A stretch of 64,000 nucleotides of DNA, taken from assembly GCA_963778375.1 (NCBI GenBank), contig CAVZTX010000008.1, positions 59,366-123,365 on the forward strand, written 5' to 3'. A program made the translations under genes and the position numbers. The stretch comes from an uncultured Chloroflexia bacterium (lineage in GTDB: Bacteria > Chloroflexota > Ktedonobacteria > Ktedonobacterales > Ktedonobacteraceae). Shown piece by piece: positions 38,349 to 48,588 of the stretch. The notes under the pieces are model-generated. The model worked only from the letters and a program-made list of their open reading frames with translations. It searched no databases and had not been told where the DNA came from. Within the stretch, counting starts at the first letter, position 1; each line of letters starts with the position of its first letter.

Positions 38349-39291
38349 ATGACACAAACAACGCTCTCTTCGACAAAACACTCGTTTCCTACTGCCCGAT
38401 GCCTTGTCGTCCGCACTCACACAGCTAATCGACCGTGTGCAGCCCAGCATCGTGCAGGTACGAAACTCAGGACGTGGAGCAGGTACAGGCATCATCTGGC
38501 GTACAGATGGCACCATCGTGACGAATCACCACGTCGTCCCGAATAATGAGGCAACCATCCAGGTACACCTCACAGATAACCGCATCTTCGATGCAAAGGT
38601 GATCGACCGCAATCCAAAGCTGGATATTGCGATGCTGAAAATTACGGCGGATAATCTGACAGCTATCCCTACGGGCAATTCCTCCCGGTTGCGTATCGGC
38701 GAATTAGTCTTCGCTATTGGTAATCCTTGGGGTCACCGTGGAGTAGTCACAGCAGGCATTATAAGTGGTCTCAGCACAGTCAAATTTGCAGACAGCGACC
38801 AGACGACCCAGTACATTAAGTCAGATGTGCATCTCGCCCCAGGCTTCTCAGGAGGGCCACTACTTGATGCATCCGGTACAGTCGTCGGTATCAACGCAAT
38901 GGTTTTTGGTGGAGACCTCGGCGTATGCATTCCAAGCAACGTCGTGAGCGACTGGATCGCTGGACTGCCTCGCCGACAAATCAGCTTAAGCATAGAACTG
39001 CAACCTATTGAACTACCCGATAGCTTACGCAGTAAGGAACCAGCCCTTGCAAAACGAGCCACAGGTCTGCTCGTAGTTGGTGCTGAGCTTAATGGGCATC
39101 AAAATTCCACAGGCGTACTGATCGGCGATGTGCTGCTAGATATGGACAGTAAATCAATTGATGATGTAAACTCCTTGTTAGGTAGCTTAGCTCGCCTTGA
39201 TGCCAGGAGCAGTGTAAGGTTCAATGTGTTACGTGGGGGCATCTTACAAGCAGTCGACGTGAGCATCAACGCGGTTACTCACGAAGGGTAA
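38349..39291 (+). CDS. second HtrA-like serine protease with PDZ domain; N-terminus needs a +1 frame change (or TTG start at 38404)
   Basis: ATG at 38349 gives MTQTTLSSTK (the paralog starts MTQQATTDT). The protease frame (...LLPDALSSALTQLIDRVQPSIVQV, GAGTGIIW, TNHHV, GFSGGPLLD) is +1 relative to it from about 38380-38400. Confidence 0.65.
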
Positions 39292-39304
39292 GCTTTTATA
39301 TATC

Positions 39305-39931
39305 ATGATTCGGGTGTTCATCATAGCGCCGACACCAATGATGCGGGCGGGATTGCATGCGATGCTCACAACTGCCAATCTGGAGGTAGTGGGCGAAGCA
39401 ACCGCCCCAAACGGATTCGTTGACGAACTTTCAGCGGTTGATGTCATTATTGTGGCAGACGAGAGGCAGTTGGAAGAAGTTGGACATATCGTTACAGGCA
39501 GCAGAGCAGTAGCGCTTGTGGTACTATCAGACAGTGATGAACGTCCGATTTCAATGCTGCGTGCATCCCCGCTGAGAGGCTGGAGTGTTGTCCCGCTGGA
39601 TGCTCCTGCCTCCCAGCTTGAAGCCGCCGTTGTAGCGGCTGCTGAGGGATTGATTGCTTTGCCCTCAATGGCAGCCGAACGAACACTGACACAGCGCTCA
39701 ACCATTGAGGCCTTGAACCTTGATTCGCTCGACGAACCACTTACAGGACGTGAGCGCGAAGTATTGGAGATGTTAAGCCGGGGATTATCCAACAAGCTGA
39801 TCGCCCGCAGACTATCAATTAGTGAGCACACAGTAAAATTCCATGTCTCCTCGGTCTACACCAAGCTCGGTGCATCCAGCCGTACAGACGCGGTAAGCAG
39901 AGGTGTACGTCGTGGATTGATTACTCTTTAA
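39305..39931 (+). CDS. LuxR/NarL-family regulator with atypical (pseudo-)receiver domain
   Basis: C-terminal HTH LTGREREVLEMLSRGLSNKLIARRLSISEHTVKFHVSSVYTKLG. The N-terminal REC-like fold lacks the acidic DD pair (IAPTPMM) and the conserved Lys. Confidence 0.7.
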   Translation: MIRVFIIAPTPMMRAGLHAMLTTANLEVVGEATAPNGFVDELSAVDVIIVADERQLEEVGHIVTGSRAVALVVLSDSDERPISMLRASPLRGWSVVPLDAPASQLEAAVVAAAEGLIALPSMAAERTLTQRSTIEALNLDSLDEPLTGREREVLEMLSRGLSNKLIARRLSISEHTVKFHVSSVYTKLGASSRTDAVSRGVRRGLITL

Positions 39932-39942
39932 GGAAAAAAACG

Positions 39943-41643
39943 ATGTCTCATATTCTGAAGCCCCCATGTGACGAGGGTGTTATCTTATCTAAAACTACAA
40001 CCAAGCTTACTAGCACTTCCCCACTAGAGTCACCTCTAACCGATGCCACAAGTACAGCCGCATCCCAAGCAGTTCCTGCTTCCGCTGGCGCAGTAGGAGT
40101 ATCTGCCACCACGATACGCCCATCTAATATCGGGTTATGGGTGCTTGTAGCCACGATTCTCGGTTCGAGCATGGCCTTTATCGACGGCACGGTCGTCAAT
40201 GTGGCGCTGCCGGTCCTGCAAAAAGAGCTAGGAGCCACAGTTGGAGACGTTCAGTGGGTCGTAGAAGCCTATTCGCTCTTTCTCGCCTCCTTGATTCTGG
40301 TGGGCGGATCGCTGGGTGATTCCTTTGGGCGAAAGCGCATTTTCGCTATAGGTATTGCACTTTTCACGGTAGCTTCAGTCTTGTGCGGCATTTCACCGAA
40401 TGTAACACTGCTCATCATTGCACGGGCAATTCAGGGTATAGGTGGAGCATTGCTTGTGCCAGGTAGTCTGGCAATCATCAGCGCCTCGTTCGACAGCAAG
40501 GAACGCGGGCGAGCGATTGGCACATGGTCAGGCTTCACAGCCATTACTTCGGTCATAGGTCCGGTCCTGGGAGGCTGGCTGGTCCAGTATGCTTCCTGGC
40601 GCTGGGTCTTTTTTATTAATGTTCCCCTGGCGGCAATCGTACTGGCCGTCCTCTTTTTGCGTGTTCCAGAAAGTAGTGATACAGAAGATACTCCCCACAT
40701 CGACTGGTTGGGGGCATTGCTGGCAACACTCGGGCTTGGCGGTATCGTCTTTGGGCTGATCCAGTCGGATAGCCTTGGCCTCAGCGCTCCATTGGTCCTC
40801 ATCTCTCTGTCGGTCGGTGTCGTTGCACTTATCGCGTTCGTAGCAGTAGAAGCCCGCAGCCGCTTACCAATGGTACCGCTTAGCCTGTTTCGCTCTCGAA
40901 CCTTCAGTGGTGCAAATCTACTGACCCTGTTCTTATACGCGGCTCTAGGTGGATCACTGTTCTTTCTTCCCTTCAACCTCATTTCAGTGCAGGGCTACCC
41001 TCCCAGCGCTGCTGGCGCAGCCATGCTGCCAACAATTGTGATTTTGTTCTTGCTCTCGCGCTGGTCTGGTGGTTTGATTAACCGCTTCGGAGCAAAGCTG
41101 CCACTGATTGTCGGCCCGGTGATCGCGGCTATCGGCTTCGCCCTATTTGCTCGCCCGGATATTGGTGGAAGTTATTGGACAACCTTTTTCCCGGCGTCAG
41201 TGGTCCTGGGATTGGGCATGGCTATCAGCGTCTCCCCACTGACTACAGCAGTGATGGGTGCAGTGGACGCCCACCGAGCCGGTACTGCCTCCGGCATCAA
41301 TAATGCCGTTTCCCGCACAGCAGGTTTGCTTGCCATCGCGGTATTGGGCATCATTGTTCTGGCCTTCTTCAATGGCAGCCTTGATAGCCACCTTGCAGCG
41401 CTCAATCTAGCAGGCCCGGTGCTTCAATCGATTAATGCCCACCGATCACTACTGGTCGGGATTCCCATCCCTGTTGGTGGGGAAACTGGTATGCTATTGA
41501 AACAGGCCATCAAGGAATCGTTTGTTACAGGTTTCCGCGCAGCCATGCTGACAGCGGCAGGTCTGGCCCTCGCCGCCGCACTCAGTTCCTTGTTCCTAAT
41601 TGAGGGTAAAAACCAACCAATTGATGGAAATATAAGGATGTAA
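39943..41643 (+). CDS. MFS transporter, DHA2 (EmrB/QacA, 14-TMS) family
   Basis: 566 aa with 14 predicted TM helices. Motif A-like GxLxDxxGRKR (GGSLGDSFGRKR). Confidence 0.8.
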   Translation: MSHILKPPCDEGVILSKTTTKLTSTSPLESPLTDATSTAASQAVPASAGAVGVSATTIRPSNIGLWVLVATILGSSMAFIDGTVVNVALPVLQKELGATVGDVQWVVEAYSLFLASLILVGGSLGDSFGRKRIFAIGIALFTVASVLCGISPNVTLLIIARAIQGIGGALLVPGSLAIISASFDSKERGRAIGTWSGFTAITSVIGPVLGGWLVQYASWRWVFFINVPLAAIVLAVLFLRVPESSDTEDTPHIDWLGALLATLGLGGIVFGLIQSDSLGLSAPLVLISLSVGVVALIAFVAVEARSRLPMVPLSLFRSRTFSGANLLTLFLYAALGGSLFFLPFNLISVQGYPPSAAGAAMLPTIVILFLLSRWSGGLINRFGAKLPLIVGPVIAAIGFALFARPDIGGSYWTTFFPASVVLGLGMAISVSPLTTAVMGAVDAHRAGTASGINNAVSRTAGLLAIAVLGIIVLAFFNGSLDSHLAALNLAGPVLQSINAHRSLLVGIPIPVGGETGMLLKQAIKESFVTGFRAAMLTAAGLALAAALSSLFLIEGKNQPIDGNIRM

Positions 41644-41678
41644 TCCGTTACACCCTTCTACTTGAACCTTTAAAGGAG

Positions 41679-41942
41679 ATGTATATGGCACAACAATGTA
41701 CGCATCTTGACACGATACAAGACGTTACACCCAGCGCAAATGGGTGCGAAGATTGCCTGAAAACTGGTGATAGCTGGGTGCATCTGCGCCTCTGCCTCGA
41801 ATGTGGGCACGTCGGCTGCTGCGACTCATCCAAGAACAAGCACGCCACTAAACACTTCCATGCTGCCAACCACCCAATTATCCAGTCGTTCCAGCCCGGT
41901 GAAGATTGGCGCTGGTGCTACATCGACCAGGTTATGCTTTAG
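41679..41942 (+). CDS. stand-alone zf-UBP (ubiquitin-hydrolase-type) zinc-finger protein
   Basis: CTHLD...CEDCL...WVHLRLCLECGHVGCCDSS..HATKHF...HP shows the Cys/His spacing of zf-UBP. Size is 87 aa. Confidence 0.65.
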   Translation: MYMAQQCTHLDTIQDVTPSANGCEDCLKTGDSWVHLRLCLECGHVGCCDSSKNKHATKHFHAANHPIIQSFQPGEDWRWCYIDQVML

Positions 41943-41963
41943 ATTCAGGAGAGTGAGATCGTT

Positions 41964-42461
41964 TCACTCGTGAACGGTCTCGCTCTTCCATTCACACGTT
42001 TCGGGGATTGCCTGCTTGAGGGCTTCGGCCAAACTATCGATATCGGTCACATCATCTCGATAAACTGCCCAGGCCTTTGGTTTTTGCTGCTGTGTTGCCG
42101 GCTTACGATAAACGGTAATGCCGATACGTTTCCCATTGGGAAAAAACTCCTCTTTCACACGCGTAAGTTCCTCCCAACGTACCTCGATCACCTCGCCATT
42201 GCGACTGCGTTTCACAAGCACCTCCGGCTCCAATGTGATGGTAAACGGGACCGGAGCAATAAGACGCAAATAGACCACAAAGCCTAGAATAAAAACGATA
42301 GCAACAATTGTACTACCGACCGCTGGGACACCTTCATGCAGGGCAATCACTAGTACCACGGCAGTTATGCCCAGCACGCCAATGTAGGTCATGACACGCT
42401 TGAAAGTGCTGAGACCCGGCCCAATAAAGACCTGCCCGTGTGCCGCTGTAGATGACGCCAT
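41964..42461 (-). CDS. hypothetical membrane protein
   Basis: Two N-terminal TM helices, then a soluble domain. No recognised motif. Confidence 0.35.
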   Translation of the reverse strand: MASSTAAHGQVFIGPGLSTFKRVMTYIGVLGITAVVLVIALHEGVPAVGSTIVAIVFILGFVVYLRLIAPVPFTITLEPEVLVKRSRNGEVIEVRWEELTRVKEEFFPNGKRIGITVYRKPATQQQKPKAWAVYRDDVTDIDSLAEALKQAIPETCEWKSETVHE

Positions 42462-42748
42462 TGCTAGCTCCTAAGTTAACAAATTAAACCGGGCATGACA
42501 CAGGCGGCACCCCTTGCGGGTGCTATGCCTGTGAAAAACGAACTATGCCCTAACATCCTATCACACTTTGCGCCACTCTCTCAATATGATATACTTATCC
42601 CGCTGTCTCAAAACGCAATGAAGCTTTGAAACTCGTATACGTCTCTGTAGCAGTCCGCGTAGCAGCACAAAAAGCACAATGCGCTGGCAGTCCCCGAAGA
42701 AGGACTTCCTGTAATCCTACCCACATTGCAAAGAGGGAGGCTCAATAC

Positions 42749-43801
42749 GTGTCATCACAACACACATCAGGAACATTTCCCGGAGCACAATTAGAAATAC
42801 AGAGGACTACCGGCAAGTTGCTGGCAACACAGGGATACGTACTTGGCATCGAGATTAGCGGGAGTGGCGCGCGTCAGTCCGTGAGCCTTGCCGATCTGAA
42901 TGGCACAATACTCCATCGAGTGCGTCGCCCACTAGAATATATACCCGATACTACCACCGTTCTGAATCTACTTGATGATATGCTTGCCGAAGTTACGCAT
43001 CCCGAGCAACTTCATGACGGGCGCATCTTGCGTGTTGGTGTGGCCGTCGGTGGCTTAGTAGACTCATCTCGTGGCATTGTACACACCCTACATCACTCAC
43101 ATGGCTGGGACAATTTTCCTTTACAGGACCATTTTGAGCAACAACTTGATGTGCCTTGTATAATTGATAACGATGCGAACGCGGCAGCATTGGCAGAGGT
43201 AGCACATGGTGTAGCTACAGGTGAACGGGTTGCTTTGTATGTGGGGATGGGGCGCGGCATCGGCGGTGGGTTGGTTGTCAATGGCAAGATTTATCACGGG
43301 ATGACGTGTACCGCGGGCGAGATTGGGCATATGCTCGTCAAAGAGAATGGGCCGAAATGCTCATGTGGTGGTTTTGGACATCTCGAGGCCATTGCATCAG
43401 CTCAGGCGATTTCGCGAACCATGATTGGCCTTTCGGTCGAGTATCCCGAGACGGAAGAGGCCATTCGCCGGGTCACAGGCGGTAGGGCTGAGCGCATAAC
43501 TGCCGAACAGGTATTCCGATTGGCAGCAGAAGGTGACAAAATAGCTCAGCGAGTCGTTGATGATGTACGTACCTACCTGGGAATAGCCCTGGCCAATATC
43601 GTTCAATTAATAAACCCGGGTGTAATTATTCTGGGCGGACAGGTTGCACAGGCAGAAGAACTGCTGATTTCGCCGTTACAGGCGCGTATACATGACTTGT
43701 GCTTGCCAGCAGCCGGCGAGAATTTACGTATCGTCAAGAGTTCGCTTGGGTCAGAAGCAAATAGTGTGGGCGCGGTAACACTCGCCCTTCAAGATATATA
43801 G
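42749..43801 (+). CDS. ROK-family sugar kinase/regulator
   Basis: GTG start after AGAGGGAGG ribosome-binding site. LGIEISGSG, GLVD and ROK zinc motif CSCGGFGHLEA. Confidence 0.75.
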   Translation: MSSQHTSGTFPGAQLEIQRTTGKLLATQGYVLGIEISGSGARQSVSLADLNGTILHRVRRPLEYIPDTTTVLNLLDDMLAEVTHPEQLHDGRILRVGVAVGGLVDSSRGIVHTLHHSHGWDNFPLQDHFEQQLDVPCIIDNDANAAALAEVAHGVATGERVALYVGMGRGIGGGLVVNGKIYHGMTCTAGEIGHMLVKENGPKCSCGGFGHLEAIASAQAISRTMIGLSVEYPETEEAIRRVTGGRAERITAEQVFRLAAEGDKIAQRVVDDVRTYLGIALANIVQLINPGVIILGGQVAQAEELLISPLQARIHDLCLPAAGENLRIVKSSLGSEANSVGAVTLALQDI

Positions 43802-43848
43802 AATCCAATAGGCTATGCGAAGATTGAAAGACAGCCTGCAACGACGCT

Positions 43849-45114
43849 GTGCGTCTAGTGCTTCGCACTCAGCAGGCTGAGAGGAACGTAATCGTGGAAA
43901 CAGGTCGGGTCATTAATCACCGCTACCTGCTGCAACGTCTGATCAAGCAGGGACAGATCTGCACCGTATACCAGGGAACAGATCAGCTACTGCAGCGCGT
44001 CGTCGCGGTGAAGACAGTGCCTGCCTCCTACGTGCTCCCTTATCGAGCCGCCATTCAGATGACATCTCACTTCTCACATCCAAATGTCATCGGTCTCTAT
44101 GACCTAATAGCCGAACCGGGTAGCCTTTATATTGTGCAGGAATATGTCGAGGGCGATGATTTTTCTGCACTCTTGCAAACACAACTGACTCCCTACGAGG
44201 TTGCTGATATTGGCTGCCAGATTTGTCAGGCCTTGATCTATGCCGGAAGTTCTTCCCACAAAATTTGCCACGGCGACCTGACACCTCACGCCGTCGTACG
44301 TGACCGCACCGGCCGAATTCGCGTCAACAATTTTGCTTTACCAAGCGATCTCGACTACTTTGAAAGTTGGAGCATAGTTGGTGGTGATGGTACAGCTATC
44401 TCCGACGACGAACTGCCCTGGGGGCAACAAAGCGAAGGGCGGCAGGAAAACGATACTCGTGCCCTCGGCCTGCTCCTCTACCAATTGCTCACAGGAAGGC
44501 CAGCCGGGGCTACCACGGTTGAGCCCCCTTCCGATGGACGATTACGTTTCCAGCGCACGGTTCCACCCGAGTTATGCGAAACGGTTGCGCGTGCGGTGAT
44601 GCGCCAGCATCCACAGCATTTCACCACTGTTGAGGCACTCTACACAGAACTCAATACATTGGCAGAGGTACTGGAAACAGCTGTCCCCGTGCCGGTAGCA
44701 GCGGGAGCAACCGCTGCACCTCCAGCCAGCGCATATGCAGCCGAGGAAGTAGTTCCGCCTCAGCAATTCTCGCCAGCAAACGCAGGAACAGGCATGACAG
44801 GTATCGGTGTGGGTCCTGGCATGGGAAAACCCATTTCTACCCTATCGGTGAGAGATACCGAGCAGCCCGGTCAGGCTTTCCCTCCATATCGATCTGAGCA
44901 GGGACTTATCTTGCCTTCGGCAGAACCTGCCCCTGCATCCGCAACCATAGCTGACATCCCGTACAACCTGGCAGCAGCACGTCAAGCCGCTTACGGAGAG
45001 ACTGCCTCAGGATCTCACCGCTCGCGCATCCTCATACTTTTGCTCATGTGTTTGATAGCGTTCGCTCTTTTCTTTGTTGTCGGCTACTTCGCGGGACACC
45101 TGTTGATACCATGA
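43849..45114 (+). CDS. membrane-anchored protein-kinase-like protein, probably a pseudokinase
   Basis: Kinase-like VAVK and HGDLTPHAVV (HRD changed to HGD). Gly-rich loop is degenerate and DFG is absent (NFALPSD). C-terminal TM helix ILILLLMCLIAFALFFVVGYF. Confidence 0.5.
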   Translation: MRLVLRTQQAERNVIVETGRVINHRYLLQRLIKQGQICTVYQGTDQLLQRVVAVKTVPASYVLPYRAAIQMTSHFSHPNVIGLYDLIAEPGSLYIVQEYVEGDDFSALLQTQLTPYEVADIGCQICQALIYAGSSSHKICHGDLTPHAVVRDRTGRIRVNNFALPSDLDYFESWSIVGGDGTAISDDELPWGQQSEGRQENDTRALGLLLYQLLTGRPAGATTVEPPSDGRLRFQRTVPPELCETVARAVMRQHPQHFTTVEALYTELNTLAEVLETAVPVPVAAGATAAPPASAYAAEEVVPPQQFSPANAGTGMTGIGVGPGMGKPISTLSVRDTEQPGQAFPPYRSEQGLILPSAEPAPASATIADIPYNLAAARQAAYGETASGSHRSRILILLLMCLIAFALFFVVGYFAGHLLIP

Positions 45115-45134
45115 GACTGTATCGACCGTGAGGC

Positions 45135-46013
45135 TCATACTCCTGTAATTGGTTCGTCCATCCCCTCGACCATATAAGCATGTGACATATGTTCGCTATT
45201 CCAGGCAAAGCCAACATTTCCGAGGCGATCCACCACGATCAACCCTCCTGTACCCGTAGCTCTGGCACCCAGCACTGCAATCGCCGCCTGTGCCGCGTCA
45301 CGTGCCACATCTCCTCGCGCCACAAAATCAGCAGTACGCTTAGCAATGAGCAGGCGAATGAAATCTTCCCCATGACCCGTACAAGAAATAGCAGCATTGT
45401 CGTCAGCATAAAATCCGCAACCTATCAGCGGTGAATCACCAACCCGGCCTGGATACTTATTCTCAATCCCTCCCGTCGATGTAGCAGCGGCAAGTGTACC
45501 AAACGTATCCAGTGCAACCGCGCCAACCGTGCCATGCTTCTCTCCATCTGTTGAGGCCGAGGAGGTAGCTTCCTTCCACTTGTTATATTGACGCTCGGTC
45601 ATCAAATCTTCCAGTTGGCACAAAGATACCCCTTGCTCCTGTGCAAACTGTTGCGCTCCCTCGCCCACAAGCAAAGCGTGTGGACTCTCCAGAACCTTTC
45701 GTGCAAGCGAGATAGGATTTTTGATCAACTCAACATCTGCCACAGCACCAACGCTAAGAGCATGTCCATCCATAATGCCCGCGTCCAGTTGGATATTGCC
45801 ATCAGTAGTCAGACAAGCTCCCGTACCTGCATTAAAATTGGGATTATCCTCAAGTGAACGTACCGCAGCCTCAACAGCATCCAGCGCGGAACCACCCAAT
45901 TGCAAAATACGCCACCCCACCAGCGCAGCTTCTCTACACCCTGCCTGAGCACTCTCAGTACGACCATCTTCAATATCCCCCGCCCCTCCATGAACGATAA
46001 TAGCAATCGGCAT
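45135..46013 (-). CDS. isoaspartyl peptidase / L-asparaginase (Ntn-hydrolase, plant-type asparaginase family)
   Basis: IIVHGGAG N-terminus. Autocleavage and nucleophile region HGTVGAVALD. GAG.I/GGL motifs. Confidence 0.8.
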   Translation of the reverse strand: MPIAIIVHGGAGDIEDGRTESAQAGCREAALVGWRILQLGGSALDAVEAAVRSLEDNPNFNAGTGACLTTDGNIQLDAGIMDGHALSVGAVADVELIKNPISLARKVLESPHALLVGEGAQQFAQEQGVSLCQLEDLMTERQYNKWKEATSSASTDGEKHGTVGAVALDTFGTLAAATSTGGIENKYPGRVGDSPLIGCGFYADDNAAISCTGHGEDFIRLLIAKRTADFVARGDVARDAAQAAIAVLGARATGTGGLIVVDRLGNVGFAWNSEHMSHAYMVEGMDEPITGV

Positions 46014-46049
46014 GCAGCGCCTCCTTAATGGTTTTAGCATATTGTACCA

Positions 46050-47294
46050 TCACTTATCAGGCACATTCATACTTACCCGTTCCGGTTGAGGCCTCCTCTG
46101 CAAACTCACCCACAGGCCCAACATTACAATCGTCAGAACAATCACATAAGGCAGCAGCGACCACATACCAATACGCTGCGCCAAATTTCCAGCCAACCAT
46201 GGAAATAGGGCCGCGCCCATACTACCAAGGCTCGCAAGAAAACCAATCGCGCTCGGAAGAATCCGCGACGATACTAGATTCGACATCAGGGCAATGGTTG
46301 TCGGGAAAATCGGCCCCAGGCTGAAACCCGTTATTGCCAGCCCAAATGCTGCCACTCCCTGTACTGGCACCAGCCAGATCAGCAGAACGCCAACCACCAC
46401 CCCCAACAAACAACCCTCTATCAAACGCTTATTACCAACCCTCTGAGCTACCATCCCAAGCGTGAGACGCCCCAATGTCAAGCCCAGCCAATATCCACTA
46501 ACCGACCAACCCGAGAGCAGCAACAATCCATGCCGTTCATCGATCAGAAAACTATAGCTCCAACTGCCCAGGCTCACTTCCGTGCCTACATAAAAGAGCA
46601 GAAATAGAGCAGCTAGCCAAACGATACGCAGCTTGAGCGCGGCTACCAGCACATTGCCCTGGGCTTTCGCTACATCCTTCTGGAAAAGAACTTCTCGTCT
46701 ATCGAAGAACAATCTAAAGCCAATGAGTAGCACAAGACTCATACCCACCCAGATCAAATAAACGCTATTCCATCCCCACCCAATTGCCAAAATCGTAGAA
46801 GCCACTACCGGACCCAGCCACGCCCCCGCACCATAAAAAGCATGCAGATAATTGAGCAGCGCAGTATTGCGAGGTAACCCGGCAATATACGCGTTTAAGC
46901 CTGCATCGATCACTGCTACCCCGAAGCCCAATGGCAGCAACATGATCAATACCACGGTAAAGGGCGGCATCAAGCTAAGCGCTCCTGCACCGAGTAAGAA
47001 ACTCGCCGCTCCCAACATCAGGAATAGCCGCTGACCCAGCTTCTCAACCATCAACCCGCTGTTGAAGGCGGCAACGAGATAGCCAAACGCGGCCGACAGG
47101 AAGAGTAACCCGAGCGTTGCTTTATCAACGTTGTAATGAGCTCCTATGCTGGGGAGCAGTACCCCTAATGCACCGTCATTTGCACCAATTAAAATAAAGG
47201 CGAAAAAAGAGAGTCCAATCTGCGGACGTACTGAAGAAGCTAGATTGAGTTGCTCGCCCTCACCTGTTGTCGTTTTTATCATCTTCTTTGTCAT
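46050..47294 (-). CDS. MFS transporter (12-TMS)
   Basis: 414 aa and 12 predicted TM helices. Typical MFS loop motifs. Confidence 0.7.
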   Translation of the reverse strand: MTKKMIKTTTGEGEQLNLASSVRPQIGLSFFAFILIGANDGALGVLLPSIGAHYNVDKATLGLLFLSAAFGYLVAAFNSGLMVEKLGQRLFLMLGAASFLLGAGALSLMPPFTVVLIMLLPLGFGVAVIDAGLNAYIAGLPRNTALLNYLHAFYGAGAWLGPVVASTILAIGWGWNSVYLIWVGMSLVLLIGFRLFFDRREVLFQKDVAKAQGNVLVAALKLRIVWLAALFLLFYVGTEVSLGSWSYSFLIDERHGLLLLSGWSVSGYWLGLTLGRLTLGMVAQRVGNKRLIEGCLLGVVVGVLLIWLVPVQGVAAFGLAITGFSLGPIFPTTIALMSNLVSSRILPSAIGFLASLGSMGAALFPWLAGNLAQRIGMWSLLPYVIVLTIVMLGLWVSLQRRPQPERVSMNVPDK

Positions 47295-47406
47295 GCTCTT
47301 TGCAGTATACCATCAACGAATTACCCATCATTGACAATCCACCATTATCCCTGATACCCTACTGCTACGATCAATAGTATTTCATCCCTTCGTGAAGGAG
47401 TCTCAC

Positions 47407-48588
47407 ATGAGCCAACCCCTCAGTGGCATACGTATCCTCAACCTCTCGCGCCTGCTTCCTGGTGCCTACGCATCGCAAATGCTGGCAGACTTCGGCGCTG
47501 ACGTAATTAAAGTCGAAGAGCCTGGCAGCGGCGACTACGGGCGCTTCATGCCTCCGCACGGCGCAGGCGGAATGAGCCTGTACTTCCTGGCAACCAATCG
47601 CAATAAACGCAGTCTGACCTTGAACCTCAAATCTGCCGAAGGGCGGGAGGTCTTTCTGCGTCTGGTAGAGCAGGCCGACGTCGTCCTGGAAAGTTTTCGT
47701 CCAGGCGTGATGGACCGCCTTGGATTGGGCTATGCACAACTTAAAGAGCGAAATCCAGGCATCGTCTACTGCGCGATCAGCGGCTATGGTCAGGATGGCC
47801 CCTATCGCCTGCGTGCAGGCCATGACTTGAACTATGCAGGCTATGCCGGGTTGCTCCACTACAATCGTGGGCCACATGGCGAACCAGCAATGCCCGCAAC
47901 CCAATTCGGTGATCTTGCAGGCGGCAGCTCTATGGCCGTAATAGGCATCCTCACCGCCCTGATGGGACGCACTCAAACGGGCGAGGGCCGTATGATCGAT
48001 GTCTCGATGACCGAAGGCGTCATGTCGCTCCTGCCACTCTTTGCCATCGCATACCTGAACACAGGCGAAGCTCCGCAACCTGGCCACTCCGCTCTGGATG
48101 GTGGCCTTCCCTGCTACAATATATATGAGACGCAGGATGGCAAACATGTCACGCTGGCCGCGCTTGAATATAAATTCTGGCATACCTTCTGTACGCATAT
48201 CGGCCATCTCGAACTGCTGCCGTTCCACATGCCCGTTGGAGCAGGTGAGCGCGAACAGGCAATGGACATACTACGTGCTATTTTCAAGACCAAAACGCGC
48301 GACGAGTGGATAGCAGAACTTGCCGATATCGATGCGTGTGTTGGTCCCGTTTACGGCATCGACGAAGCGCTGAACGATCCCCACGCCCAGTCTCGTAACA
48401 CGACCCTCACGAGCGGATGGCCCGAGACAACATATCGTACAATACCTAGTTTTCCGCGCATATCCGGCCTCGATAACGACCAACGACACGCTCCACCCGA
48501 GTTGGGTGAGCACACGAGCGAGATATTGCGCGATGCAGGCTACAGCGATGCTGAAATCGCACAATTTCAGGCGGGAGGAATCATTTGA
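47407..48588 (+). CDS. CoA-transferase family III (CaiB/BaiF/Frc-like)
   Basis: LSGIRILNLSRLLPGAYASQMLADFGADVIKVE N-terminal signature. GWPET-like region. Confidence 0.8.
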   Translation: MSQPLSGIRILNLSRLLPGAYASQMLADFGADVIKVEEPGSGDYGRFMPPHGAGGMSLYFLATNRNKRSLTLNLKSAEGREVFLRLVEQADVVLESFRPGVMDRLGLGYAQLKERNPGIVYCAISGYGQDGPYRLRAGHDLNYAGYAGLLHYNRGPHGEPAMPATQFGDLAGGSSMAVIGILTALMGRTQTGEGRMIDVSMTEGVMSLLPLFAIAYLNTGEAPQPGHSALDGGLPCYNIYETQDGKHVTLAALEYKFWHTFCTHIGHLELLPFHMPVGAGEREQAMDILRAIFKTKTRDEWIAELADIDACVGPVYGIDEALNDPHAQSRNTTLTSGWPETTYRTIPSFPRISGLDNDQRHAPPELGEHTSEILRDAGYSDAEIAQFQAGGII

